DNA of 52,042 nt. Origin: a virus. Its lineage: Duplodnaviria > Caudoviricetes. Shown here piece by piece: positions 36,456 to 46,497 of this stretch (positions are counted from its first letter, which is position 1; the number at the start of each line of letters is the position of its first letter). The stretch covers positions 1 through 52,042 of IMG/VR virus record IMGVR_UViG_3300044591_001148. One strand, 5' to 3'. The translations under genes and the position numbers were made by a program. Under the pieces are notes generated by a model that did not search any database, was not told where the DNA came from, and worked only from the letters and a program-made list of their open reading frames with translations.

Positions 36456-37688
36456 ATGGCAACAGCAAACAACCCGTTTGATTTAAACACCACGTCAGGG
36501 GCAACCCTGCTCGGCAACGCTACGAGCGCGATCGCCGCACCTCAAGCCACTGGATACACCGCGGCGACGTCTGGCGCAACTGGTTACAAGGCTACCGACG
36601 CCAACCCGTTTGGATACACGGCCAGCACCATGACTGGCGAAGGTTACAACGCGGGTTCGCGAACAGCGGCCGGATACGACGCGGCCGGGGCCCTTGGCAC
36701 CAACTGGAACGTCGACAACAACCAAACAGTTCAAGGACAGATCGGCGGCCTGATTGCTGCCAACTCGCCCCTGCTCCAGCAAGCCCGTGCCAACTCATTG
36801 GCTCAGATGAACTCGCGAGGCTTGGTCAACTCGAGCATGGCCTTGGGAGAGGGCCAGAAGGCCGTCTACTCGGCAGCGCTCCCGATCGCCACACAAGACG
36901 CGGCCACCTTTGCCAACTCAGCTCAGGTCAACGCCAACGCTGCAAACCAGTTGGCCCAGTTCAACGCCGGCCAAAGCAACCAAGCCCTTGGTTTTACAGC
37001 CAACGCTCAGAACCAAGCCGGCTCAGAAAACTTGGCAGCCGGCAATCAGGCTCTCGGATTCACGGCTTCTGCGGCCAACCAAGCCGAAGCTCAAAACCAA
37101 GCTGCGAAAAATCAGGCCATGCAATTTGGCGCGGGTACAGCCAGCCAGACATCCGCGGCCAACGCAGCCGCGGCCAATCAGGCCGCACAGTTCACGGCCG
37201 GCGCGACCAATCAAGCGGCGGCGGCCAATGCGGCAGCCCAGAATCAGGCCGCCCAAGTCACGGCTGCCAACCAGACCGACGTCTCCAAGCAATACGCCAC
37301 CGCTCTCAACAGCACTGTCCAGAACATGATGGACCAGTCGATGAAGTTCGCCCTGTCGAACGCCGACGCTCAGACAAAGATCGAACTGCAGAACATCGAC
37401 GCGTCTACCCGCGCGACCTTGGCTGCAACAGAGGCCGCTTACAAAAACCAGATACAGGCATCGGCCAGCGCAAACGACGTCTTCCAGCAAGTGTCCAAGA
37501 ACATCGCCGACCTCATGGCCAACCCAGACCTCAGCGCTGATGTTAAAGACGCTACGGGTACGCCCCCTGTTACGCCGAAGCAGGCGGCCGTCAACATGCA
37601 GAAAGCCTATTTGCAGAATTCGCTTGAGATTCTCAGCGCAACGTCGGGAATCAAAGGGCTTAAAGATCTGTTGACCGGTCTGTCATGA
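36456..37688 (+). CDS. Putative DNA ejection/pilot protein with 11-residue repeats
   Basis: N/Q/A-rich; RGLVNSSMA motif; ten hendecad units. Confidence 0.65.
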   Translation: MATANNPFDLNTTSGATLLGNATSAIAAPQATGYTAATSGATGYKATDANPFGYTASTMTGEGYNAGSRTAAGYDAAGALGTNWNVDNNQTVQGQIGGLIAANSPLLQQARANSLAQMNSRGLVNSSMALGEGQKAVYSAALPIATQDAATFANSAQVNANAANQLAQFNAGQSNQALGFTANAQNQAGSENLAAGNQALGFTASAANQAEAQNQAAKNQAMQFGAGTASQTSAANAAAANQAAQFTAGATNQAAAANAAAQNQAAQVTAANQTDVSKQYATALNSTVQNMMDQSMKFALSNADAQTKIELQNIDASTRATLAATEAAYKNQIQASASANDVFQQVSKNIADLMANPDLSADVKDATGTPPVTPKQAAVNMQKAYLQNSLEILSATSGIKGLKDLLTGLS

Positions 37689-38074
37689 CACGCGAAGCCC
37701 TTCTTGAACCGATCATCTCCTCGGTTCGCAAGGGCACTGCGTTGTCGAGGTACCAGATCCTTGACTACTTTGCTGACTGGGAAGTTCTTCAGTTCGATTT
37801 TGAAGACCGGCTTGTTTGGACCATGGTGGCCAAAGGGACTGAAGTGCACATTGCTCTTGCCCCTGACTGGCAGCCAAGGGCCAGCATGCGTGACTCGGTC
37901 AGGGCTTTCCTTGAGCCGGTGTTTGAGAGACATGGCTTTTTGACCACTCGCGTATCTCACGAGCGAGTAGATCAAAAAAAGTTTGTGAAACGAATCGGGT
38001 TTAAGCCCACTTGGAAAGACGGGGACGTTGAGTACTACCTGCTTGGCAGCCTACCATTTGAGAGGAAAATATGA
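37685..38074 (+). CDS. Putative GNAT-fold morphogenesis protein
   Basis: EVH...FVKRIGF pattern; ejection-module position. Confidence 0.5.
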   Translation: MTREALLEPIISSVRKGTALSRYQILDYFADWEVLQFDFEDRLVWTMVAKGTEVHIALAPDWQPRASMRDSVRAFLEPVFERHGFLTTRVSHERVDQKKFVKRIGFKPTWKDGDVEYYLLGSLPFERKI

Positions 38075-39132
38075 TTAAGAAATTCTATCTAACCCGGACG
38101 CAAACCCGGGCAATGTCGATTGACCACCCGATTGGCGACCCCACGGGCGGGGCAGCCTACGGTGAGAAGAGAGACCCGCTCAGCGCGGCCATTTCGATAT
38201 TCTCGATGTATACCTCGGGCGCAGCCATTGCAGCAAACGGCTTAACTTTGCTGTCGGGCCTCCAGTTTGTGGGGAGCGCTCTAAGCCTAGTCGGCAACAT
38301 CACCGGAAACAAGACCCTGTCCCAGATCGGCATGGTCGCCGGCCTTGCAGGCGGCATAGGTTCTTTTGCTGAGAAAGCAGGCCTGTTTGACTCTAAGGCC
38401 CTTGACTCAGCTATTGGCCTTGGTGATGACAAGATCACTAACGCTATGCTGCGAGATACAAATTATCGGGGTCTAGAAACCCCCTTGGGTGGGGGCACAC
38501 CGGCTGCTGTCAAGGCGGACATCAGTAGCGTGGCCGAGGATTTTGTTAGGGGTGGTGGCGAGGCACTCGCTGATTCGCGCAGTCTTTCCGCCGCTGGCGT
38601 CAATTCTTTGGATACCCTCAACGCTGGCGGCAGTCCTTTGAATGCCCCGGCCGCCGGTGTTGCGCCCCCTGCGCTGCAAGCCGACTACTCCCTACAGGGG
38701 CCGGGGACGGGGATGGGGCTCAAACCGCCGGTCGGTGCACCAGTGGGTTTGCCGCCCGCCAAGCCCGGAGCCATGGACCTCCTTAAACAGGGCAAATTCG
38801 GGGATGCTGCCATGACCGCGGGCTCCGGTGCCATGGACATGCTGAAGACCAACCCGACCGGCGCTTATGTTGCCTCTAAGGCTGTTGGCGGACTGGCTGA
38901 CTGGCTGAGTGGCAGGTCTGAGGCCGAGCTCGAGCAGATAAAAGCCAACACTGGATACGCCAACGCAAAGGCTTTGGAGGTTCAAGCTACCGTGGACAGA
39001 GAGAAGATGAGGCGTGCCAATTTGAACGCGGGCTATGGTAGCGTCAACGCCGGATTCAAGATCAACCCCAACGCGGTTGTTGCGCAGCCACCCGGCCTCG
39101 TAGCCGGAGCTATGCAACCCCGTTCAGCATAA
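38071..39132 (+). CDS. Putative ejection protein
   Basis: Gly/Ala-rich hydrophobic segments after a short polar leader. Confidence 0.5.
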   Translation: MIKKFYLTRTQTRAMSIDHPIGDPTGGAAYGEKRDPLSAAISIFSMYTSGAAIAANGLTLLSGLQFVGSALSLVGNITGNKTLSQIGMVAGLAGGIGSFAEKAGLFDSKALDSAIGLGDDKITNAMLRDTNYRGLETPLGGGTPAAVKADISSVAEDFVRGGGEALADSRSLSAAGVNSLDTLNAGGSPLNAPAAGVAPPALQADYSLQGPGTGMGLKPPVGAPVGLPPAKPGAMDLLKQGKFGDAAMTAGSGAMDMLKTNPTGAYVASKAVGGLADWLSGRSEAELEQIKANTGYANAKALEVQATVDREKMRRANLNAGYGSVNAGFKINPNAVVAQPPGLVAGAMQPRSA

Positions 39133-39142
39133 GGAGCACAAA

Positions 39143-39631
39143 ATGGCAACAGGCATTATCCAAGACAAAATGGGCCGCCCTGAAGGCGACGAGATCACAA
39201 CCAAAGCGGTTTCTGACAACATCAAGATACCGCCTAAATTGCAAGAGGCTTATGACCGCGTGGTCATTGCAGGCATGAAGATCATGTTCTCCAAAGAAAG
39301 CCACCGGGCCATGCTTCAGGAGATCCAGAAGCCGGGTCCCTTGGACCAGCGTCTCGGCAAAGGCATTGCCGGCTTGATGCTCCTCATGTTCAAGGAGTCG
39401 AACGCGACGATGCCTCCGGACGTAATCATCCCGGCCGGAATCAAGCTGATGATGGAAGCAGTGGACTTCCTGCGCGACAGCGGACTGGAAAAACCAACCA
39501 ACTCTGACATCGCTGGTGGTATGGAGGTCATGATCTCCACGATCCTTGAGAAGTTTGGCGTTGCGCCTGAAAAGATGGCCCAGATGTTGAGCCAGTTCAG
39601 CAACGAAAACATCCCCGAGATGGGAGCCTGA
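39143..39631 (+). CDS. Hypothetical protein
   Basis: Strong AAGGAG Shine-Dalgarno; helical. Confidence 0.65.
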   Translation: MATGIIQDKMGRPEGDEITTKAVSDNIKIPPKLQEAYDRVVIAGMKIMFSKESHRAMLQEIQKPGPLDQRLGKGIAGLMLLMFKESNATMPPDVIIPAGIKLMMEAVDFLRDSGLEKPTNSDIAGGMEVMISTILEKFGVAPEKMAQMLSQFSNENIPEMGA

Positions 39632-39632
39632 T

Positions 39633-40628
39633 ATGGCTAGTTTTGCAGGATTGATCTCTGGCGTTTTGGGCGGAGCCGCGGCTGGCTACGGCGAAGGCGC
39701 ACAGATGGAGATGAAGAAGCAGGCCGATCTGGATCTGAAAAAACAGATGCTGGAAGCAGAGACCGAAAAGAATTTGCGACTGGACGATATCAAACGCCAG
39801 CGTGATGTCAGCTACGCCCGCGCCGAAACAGCTTACAACCAAAACCCCGATACCATAGCGGCCGCAGCAAATGCAGAGGCCAATAAATATGACGCTTTGA
39901 TAAAAGCCGGTGTATCGGAAGCCAAGGCTAGAGCGCTAGTTGCCGAGGGCAAAGCCGCTGCCGGCGCTGAAACCGCGCTTGCACCTGTAAAGGCCGCAGC
40001 TGCTTCAGCCACTACTTTGGCAACCGCAGAAGCAAACGCAGCAGTGGCCCCGGCGGTTGCAAAAGCTTTTACGGATCAGTACAAAGCCAGCAAAGAGTTT
40101 GAAAATCTTAAAGCCTCAGACGCTACAGACGCTCAAATCAAAAAAGCAAAAACTCTTGCTGCCGACACAGGCTATATGGACGCGTTGGCAAAGATTAATT
40201 TGGCTACGCACGCAAACATCATTAAAGCTGCTGAAATCAGAGCCGCTACCGTTGAAAGCACAAGTGAGGACAGGCTTGAAGCGGCTAGAGCGAGGGCTGC
40301 CAGTAAACCAGAAGGGGGTGGCGCGGAAGGCAGCATTGCCCTTGAACGCGCGGAAAAATCAGCCAAAGAAGCACTGGCCCGAGCCCTTGGTGTGGAAGCG
40401 AAGGAAGCTAACCGCGCCTACATAACTTTGAAAAGGATGGCCGATGGCGGTGATGCAGTAGCTAAAGCCAAGTTGGCCGAAGTTACTCCAATGAAAAAGC
40501 GGTTGGAAGACGCCTCGGCTGAATGGGAAAACCGCAAAAAAGCCAAAACAGCCCCGGCCGCAGGAGCCCCGGCAGCGGCGGCTTCGGGTGCCGCGCCACC
40601 TTTGCCACCCAAATTCAAACTGGATTAA
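39633..40628 (+). CDS. Putative ejection protein
   Basis: Gly-rich N-terminus, Ala/Lys coiled coil, PPLPPKFKLD terminus. Confidence 0.55.
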   Translation: MASFAGLISGVLGGAAAGYGEGAQMEMKKQADLDLKKQMLEAETEKNLRLDDIKRQRDVSYARAETAYNQNPDTIAAAANAEANKYDALIKAGVSEAKARALVAEGKAAAGAETALAPVKAAAASATTLATAEANAAVAPAVAKAFTDQYKASKEFENLKASDATDAQIKKAKTLAADTGYMDALAKINLATHANIIKAAEIRAATVESTSEDRLEAARARAASKPEGGGAEGSIALERAEKSAKEALARALGVEAKEANRAYITLKRMADGGDAVAKAKLAEVTPMKKRLEDASAEWENRKKAKTAPAAGAPAAAASGAAPPLPPKFKLD

Positions 40629-40637
40629 AAGAGCAAT

Positions 40638-43600
40638 ATGGGCTTTAAAACCGCAACCAATCCGGAGACCGGAGAACGTGTTGTTTTGGTGGGCAATCGG
40701 TGGGAGCCGTTCACGAAGTCGGCCACCAACGACGCCGGCGACAAAGCGTATCTGGTCAACAACAAATGGGTGACCGACGAGCTTGCCGCCGAGGCAGAGC
40801 CATCGCCGGTCGCTGCAGCGCCGACCACCGCAGCGCCAACCACCGCCACGCCGGCAGCGCCAACCGCCGTTGCTGCCCCGCCCGCCGCCACGCCCAAAGC
40901 CGTTGCACCCAAAGTCGCAGCGCCGGCCGACAACCGCAGCGCTTTGCAAAAGATGCGGGACTTCGTATCGCCCGAATACAAGAGCGTGCTGGAGACAGCG
41001 CCCGTGCCAACAGCGCAACAGCAACAGGCCGAAATCGACAAACGCCTGAGCTACGGCGCCGGACCTATCAGCCGCGAGACCGTGGCCAAGGCCGACCAAA
41101 TGCGCATGGGTCGCGTGCCGGTTGAGCCGGGCCCCGCGCTTACTGTTGCCAAGGTTCGCGAAGCCGAGGGCGCTGAAACTTTTGACCAATTGGCTCAAAG
41201 ATTAAAACGCGACGATCTGCTACAGCAAGAAACCCAAACTGCCCGTCGCCAAGCCTTTGCTGAAGAAAACCCATTGCTTGCCAGCGCTGCTGCTGGATCC
41301 GCAGGTTTGGTCAGCGGCGCCTTAAACATTCCAAGCGTAACGGCCGACGCCTTTAACCAGACGTTTGTCAATCCCGCTTTGCAATTGGCCGGCTTAAAAC
41401 CTTTGGCCAAAGTGACTACTGCGTTTGGCACTGAATACCTTGCCAAAAGCGCACAAGATTTCATGCCTAAGATTGGCACGCGCAGCATGGAAGGCGCATG
41501 GAAAAACGAAGAGTTTTCCCCATGGCTTATGTCCAAGCTGGCGGCCAACTCCCCTCAAATGGCTCAACAATTGGTTGCGGCTTTTGTACCCCCGCTCCGC
41601 GTAGCCTTGCTGGGCGGCATGGGCGGAACAGCGGCCGGCCAAAGCTACGCGCAAGGCGATGACTCCCGCGTGGCCATAGCCAAGGGTGCGCTTGAAATTG
41701 GCACAGAGATGCTGCCGTTAAAAGTTTTTGACAAACTAGGTGACGTGTTCAAAGGCATGTCGGTTGCAAAGCAAAACGCCGTGATGGCAATTGCTGGGCA
41801 ACGGCTAGTCCAAGCCGGTGCCGCGATTACTGCCAACGGCATCACCAACGCCATTGAAGAAACGGCCGCTCAGTTTGGCGGCAACGTGCTTGACAAGTTT
41901 TTCCAAGGCAAAGACATTGAACTGAGCAAGGGCCTTGGCGAGGCTGCTGTGCTTGGCGCAGCTACTGGCACCGCCATGTCAGGTTTGCAAGTTGCCAGTA
42001 TCGCTAGGGGCGCATACGACCCCAACGTACAGATTGCCCGAGCCATTGACCAGAACGTCGCCGGCACGCAGTTCACTGGCACCGACCAAGCCGCGCGTAC
42101 CCTGCTCAGCGCGGACACATACGACGCCCGGCTGATCAGCCCCCTGATGACAGCGGACCCTTCTCGCGTTCTGCAGTCAACGTCGGTCGACGAGGCGGTC
42201 ACGTCGGCGAATGAGTTGGCCGGATCTCTGGAGATCACGCCGGGCCCGGTCGGGCCTACTCTTGACCTCAACGCGCCGGCCCCAGCTGGCGCTTTGGGCC
42301 CAAGCGGCCCTACCCTTGACCTCGACGCGCCGGTCCCAGCTGGCGCCTTGGGCCCGATTGAGCCTACTTTTGACTTCGACGCGCCGGCCCCGGCGGGCCT
42401 CTTGAGCCCGAGCGGCCCTGCGCTTGGCGCCGAGCCGCCGACGCTGCCACGTCTAGCTGAGCGCACTTCTGACTCGGACCTGCTGGCCCGGGTCACCGGT
42501 CAGGTGCCTGAGCTTGCCGGCCTGACCGCGCCACGTCCGCAGAAGATCCAAGGTGTTCCAGTCGGGGATCTGTCCGATGAGCAGCTGACCACCATCGCAG
42601 CCGATGAATCCGTCCCCGCAATCACCCGCAGGGGCGCGTCAGTTGAGCTCACAGCGCGTCAAACGGAGGCGGCCGGTACTACCCCAGCCTCTGGACTTAC
42701 AAACGCTCCCAGCGTAACATTGCCCGATGCAGCAACCACCCAAGACTCAGGCGCCATTGCCGACAAAACCCTCACCCTCCCGGCAGCGCCAATGCGGGGT
42801 GTCCCTCCTACGTCAGTGGGAGGAGTCGCTGACGGAGACGCAGCGAGAGCAGCTGCCACAGAGTCTTTGGGAAGATGGGCAGCTTCCACTGGTGAAGTAA
42901 ACCTACCCGCGGTCTTCAACGCCCCGACCCCAGAAGCCGCCACTGCGGTCGCCGGGATCGCCGAAGCACTGGGCACCCAGTTCAAGGGCAGGGTATTTGC
43001 ATACAACGACGATCGGGCGGACTCGCTCAACGGCATTGCCATTGGCCGGGTTGCCTTTGTCAACACCGGCAGCGTTGACATCAACATCGGTCGCACCGCT
43101 CTTCACGAGTTCCACCACACGGTTGAGCAGATCGCCAAGCTGGAGTCCAAACAGGGCATGGCCAACACGCCGGCCCAGCGTTACGTGGCCAGCATGAAGG
43201 GTATCTTTGCCGGCATGGACCCGGCCGGCAAGCGTGCCTACCTCACAAACTTCCTGCACAAAGACGAGTTGGCCGCGATAGCCGACCCTGTTGCGCGGGA
43301 GCAACGCCTGCAAGAGCTGGTGTCGCTGCCAAATACCGAGTCTGAAATGATCGCCGACTTCCTCGGCAACAGGGCAACAGACAAAAGATTCTGGAAAGAT
43401 GTGGCCAAGACGGACCCGCAAGGGTTCAAAGGTTTTGTCGACAAGTGGATCGGCATCATTGACAATCTGTTGGCCGCGTTCAGGGGTAAAGCCAACCAAG
43501 GGAAGAAGGAGTCTGCCCGGGTTGACAAGTACGTCCAAGATTTAAAAGCGGCAAAGGTCATAGCGCGAGACGCGCTCATTGAATACAGCAAAGGGGTCAG

Positions 43601-45992
43601 AGATGGAAGCATTAACGTTGCAGCAGGTCAAGACGTATCAGAGCCTGCAGCGTCAGCTCGACCAGTCGCTTCTGGAGATGGGGGCGGTCAAGCCCCAGAA
43701 TACGGAACAGCCCGCGAAGGCGCCATCTCAGTTCTCGGCCGCCACTACTCAACCGAAACCAGATCTTCGTTAAGCGGAATTTTTTATGGGACTGGCCTCA
43801 AAGGTGCAGAGCGGGATCGACTGGACGGTAGCCCAGATCCTCGCCTCAAAAACCGCATTTACTTCTATGTTGACCAAGGCTCCGGAATCAGGCCCGAGTC
43901 CGGGGTTGGCGGCATCGCACACGAAGTCCAGCTCAACAACATCTACGACCCCAAAACCCAAACGCTCCCGGTTAAAGGCAATTTCAACGCCTTTGAATCG
44001 TCAGTAATCAACGCTGGTTTTGACGGTTACATCGCTCCCTTCGGCAACAACCAATCTGCCGTAGTCCTGCTGGGCCCGCGCCACTCAGCCGTACCCGTAA
44101 GACCTCTGGGTCGCGTGGCCGGTGCCCCAGCCCCTGTCACAGCCGAACCGACGACGCTGAAGAAGGGGCTCCTGTCCAAAGAGCTGGAGGCCATCGAGGC
44201 TACCCGCGTGCCCGGCGCCCGAGTGCGCAACGGCAATTTGGAGATCCCAACCGGGTCACGCGAAGCGGCCAACGCAGAACTGGAGCGCATCGGCAGCGAC
44301 GTCAGGTTCAGCGAAAAACAAGCAGAGCCAACCGATCTTGGTACGTTCCGCGATGTGGCCAAAAGTCTTGGCCTATCCGAAGAGCAATACAACGCGTCTG
44401 TCTTGGGCCTAATGACCGGCAAAACCAAGGACGCCGCGTTTGAAGCTTCTCGGGTTGGCGGCATTCCGGAAGTCGTCCAATGGTTGGACCAACGGTACCG
44501 TGACGCGGGCATGCCAGTCCTTGACTTGAAAAACGCCGAAGACCGAAGCAAGCTGGCCCACATGTTGGCGGGCGAGGCCGTTGGCGCAATCCGCAGCGCA
44601 GGCAATGCCGTCGAATGGTATGACGAAACCGTGGCCAAAACATTGAGGGTGATGGCGGTTAAATACCCAGAGCTGAACACGGACCAAAACGCACGCAACG
44701 CGTTCTTGATGGCCGTTGCCATTTCGTCCCAGACGATGAACGTGGAAGACAACCTGCGTTACGCCTCAAGCCAGTACGAAGCCTTCCGCCAGTCGCAGCA
44801 ATTTCCCGAAGTTGGCACCGGCAAATCCGCCCCGGCCATGGCCAAAAACTTTGCACTGGCCAACAGCCTGTTGAAAGAATTGGGCGCTGCCGATCTGCGC
44901 AGGTTCCTGCAAACGTCATTGACCAAGCGCGAGCTGGAAAGCATGGGTTTTAAGATCGGCGGCGAGTCGATGGACGAGAAGCTTTTGGGGTCTGCCGTAT
45001 TTGGGCCCAAGATTGGATTTGGTTTCTACAGCAACCTGACCGGCAACTTTGAACCCGTGACCATGGACATGTGGTTCATGCGCACCATCGGCCGCCTCAG
45101 CGGCACGTTGCCGGCCTTTGACCCGGTCCTATTCCCCAAGCAAGTGGCCAAGCTTCGTGCCGCTTTGGCCGAAACCGGAGATTCAAGCCGTGGTGTTTAC
45201 GCGTCAGACTTCAACCGAAAAGAGGTTGTCGCTGCTCGGAAAACCGACGCGGGCGCGGTTGCCTTGGCTCGTAAAATATACAGTTTGCACAACCGGCAGT
45301 TCATCAAGGAACGTGCGGCATTTGACTCTGGCGCCCGCATCAAGACCGCTTTGGTAGGTGCGTCTGGCTCGATCATCAAGTCGGCTGACAAGCCTACTGA
45401 TGCGCCGGGCAGCGGCGGTCAGCGCCAGCTTTTGCGCAGCGTTGTTCGCGAGATGGTGGATTTGGTTGAGAAGCAAACCGGTAAACGCGTACCCCCGGCC
45501 GCTTTGCAGGCTTTGATCTGGTACCCGGAGCAGGAGCTTTACAAAAAGCTGGGCGTAAGGCTTCGGGTGACTAGCCAAGATTATGCGGGTGCGGCACAAT
45601 CCCTTTTAAAGAAAGAAGGCTTCGATGGAAAACGAATTAGCGCAGCAGCCAAATCTGGACCAAGACCAGCACAACCAGTGGCTGCAAAGCAGAACGCCAG
45701 AGCAGCTAGACCGGTTAGCGGTGCGGGTCAAAGACTGGATGCGTTCCAAGGACAGGAACGAACAAATTTCATCCAAGGAAGAGTTGAACAAACCTTAAAC
45801 AGCAAGGCAAATGCTACGCCCCTTGCCGACCTGTTTACCGGATTGGAGAAGCGCGGTTTGGCAAAAACTAAGACCGAGGGTTTGGTCAATCGCCGGCCCG
45901 ATGCCTCTCAGATTCGATACGTGCAAGACAATTTCCTCGACATCCTCGACGAGCTGGACACCTCTGGCAAAGTCAAAATCAACTGCAAATAA
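40638..45992 (+). CDS. Giant polyvalent virion protein (zincin-like HExxH, ART-like and glycosylase-like domains)
   Basis: HEFHH at 43104; HYS..IYFY..GFDGY at 43743-44030; WY..GPKI..TMDMW..QALIW at 44616-45525. Confidence 0.65.
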   Translation: MGFKTATNPETGERVVLVGNRWEPFTKSATNDAGDKAYLVNNKWVTDELAAEAEPSPVAAAPTTAAPTTATPAAPTAVAAPPAATPKAVAPKVAAPADNRSALQKMRDFVSPEYKSVLETAPVPTAQQQQAEIDKRLSYGAGPISRETVAKADQMRMGRVPVEPGPALTVAKVREAEGAETFDQLAQRLKRDDLLQQETQTARRQAFAEENPLLASAAAGSAGLVSGALNIPSVTADAFNQTFVNPALQLAGLKPLAKVTTAFGTEYLAKSAQDFMPKIGTRSMEGAWKNEEFSPWLMSKLAANSPQMAQQLVAAFVPPLRVALLGGMGGTAAGQSYAQGDDSRVAIAKGALEIGTEMLPLKVFDKLGDVFKGMSVAKQNAVMAIAGQRLVQAGAAITANGITNAIEETAAQFGGNVLDKFFQGKDIELSKGLGEAAVLGAATGTAMSGLQVASIARGAYDPNVQIARAIDQNVAGTQFTGTDQAARTLLSADTYDARLISPLMTADPSRVLQSTSVDEAVTSANELAGSLEITPGPVGPTLDLNAPAPAGALGPSGPTLDLDAPVPAGALGPIEPTFDFDAPAPAGLLSPSGPALGAEPPTLPRLAERTSDSDLLARVTGQVPELAGLTAPRPQKIQGVPVGDLSDEQLTTIAADESVPAITRRGASVELTARQTEAAGTTPASGLTNAPSVTLPDAATTQDSGAIADKTLTLPAAPMRGVPPTSVGGVADGDAARAAATESLGRWAASTGEVNLPAVFNAPTPEAATAVAGIAEALGTQFKGRVFAYNDDRADSLNGIAIGRVAFVNTGSVDINIGRTALHEFHHTVEQIAKLESKQGMANTPAQRYVASMKGIFAGMDPAGKRAYLTNFLHKDELAAIADPVAREQRLQELVSLPNTESEMIADFLGNRATDKRFWKDVAKTDPQGFKGFVDKWIGIIDNLLAAFRGKANQGKKESARVDKYVQDLKAAKVIARDALIEYSKGVRDGSINVAAGQDVSEPAASARPVASGDGGGQAPEYGTAREGAISVLGRHYSTETRSSLSGIFYGTGLKGAERDRLDGSPDPRLKNRIYFYVDQGSGIRPESGVGGIAHEVQLNNIYDPKTQTLPVKGNFNAFESSVINAGFDGYIAPFGNNQSAVVLLGPRHSAVPVRPLGRVAGAPAPVTAEPTTLKKGLLSKELEAIEATRVPGARVRNGNLEIPTGSREAANAELERIGSDVRFSEKQAEPTDLGTFRDVAKSLGLSEEQYNASVLGLMTGKTKDAAFEASRVGGIPEVVQWLDQRYRDAGMPVLDLKNAEDRSKLAHMLAGEAVGAIRSAGNAVEWYDETVAKTLRVMAVKYPELNTDQNARNAFLMAVAISSQTMNVEDNLRYASSQYEAFRQSQQFPEVGTGKSAPAMAKNFALANSLLKELGAADLRRFLQTSLTKRELESMGFKIGGESMDEKLLGSAVFGPKIGFGFYSNLTGNFEPVTMDMWFMRTIGRLSGTLPAFDPVLFPKQVAKLRAALAETGDSSRGVYASDFNRKEVVAARKTDAGAVALARKIYSLHNRQFIKERAAFDSGARIKTALVGASGSIIKSADKPTDAPGSGGQRQLLRSVVREMVDLVEKQTGKRVPPAALQALIWYPEQELYKKLGVRLRVTSQDYAGAAQSLLKKEGFDGKRISAAAKSGPRPAQPVAAKQNARAARPVSGAGQRLDAFQGQERTNFIQGRVEQTLNSKANATPLADLFTGLEKRGLAKTKTEGLVNRRPDASQIRYVQDNFLDILDELDTSGKVKINCK
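42243..42420 (+). repeat. 54-bp (18-aa) tandem repeat, about 3.3 copies
   Basis: GPVGPTLDLNAPAPAGAL / GPSGPTLDLDAPVPAGAL / GPIEPTFDFDAPAPAGLL / SPSGP. Confidence 0.85.
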
Positions 45993-46001
45993 GGGTCCAA
46001 C

Positions 46002-46493
46002 ATGACACCGACAATGATCATCTCCGCCGACCTCAAGAGCATGCTCGACGAGGCGATTCACTCAGAGCTCTACGCGTCGAACCTGTACAAGCACATCGCC
46101 AACCAGCTTCAGCGCCTTGGCTACCTTGGCGCGGCCAAATTCTTTTTAAGCGAAAGCAAAGAAGAGCTGAAGCACTACCAGTTGCACGCGCAATTTCAAA
46201 ACGACGTAGGCACGGTGGCCAAGGTCCCGATGATCGAGGCCATGAACGAGTCGATCAAGTCCTTCTCTGACGCGATCGAGCTTGGGTACGAGACCGAGCT
46301 GGAGCTGTACAACAGCTACAAGGGCTGGTACTCTGACGCAAGCGACGATCCAGTGGTCCAGCAGTTCTTGCTCCAGTTCTTGGAGTTCCAACGCACCAGC
46401 GTGGGCGAGTACGGGGACCTGCTGTCGCGCATCCAGCTGGTCGACGGAGACAAAGCCGGCATGCTCTTGATCGATCAGGAGCTGGGGGGCTAA
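46002..46493 (+). CDS. Ferritin-like protein
   Basis: Ferroxidase pattern E22, Y29, E54/E55, H58, then YETEL and FQ; C-terminal G-x-LLID helix E. Confidence 0.88.
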   Translation: MTPTMIISADLKSMLDEAIHSELYASNLYKHIANQLQRLGYLGAAKFFLSESKEELKHYQLHAQFQNDVGTVAKVPMIEAMNESIKSFSDAIELGYETELELYNSYKGWYSDASDDPVVQQFLLQFLEFQRTSVGEYGDLLSRIQLVDGDKAGMLLIDQELGG

Positions 46494-46497
46494 GAAC

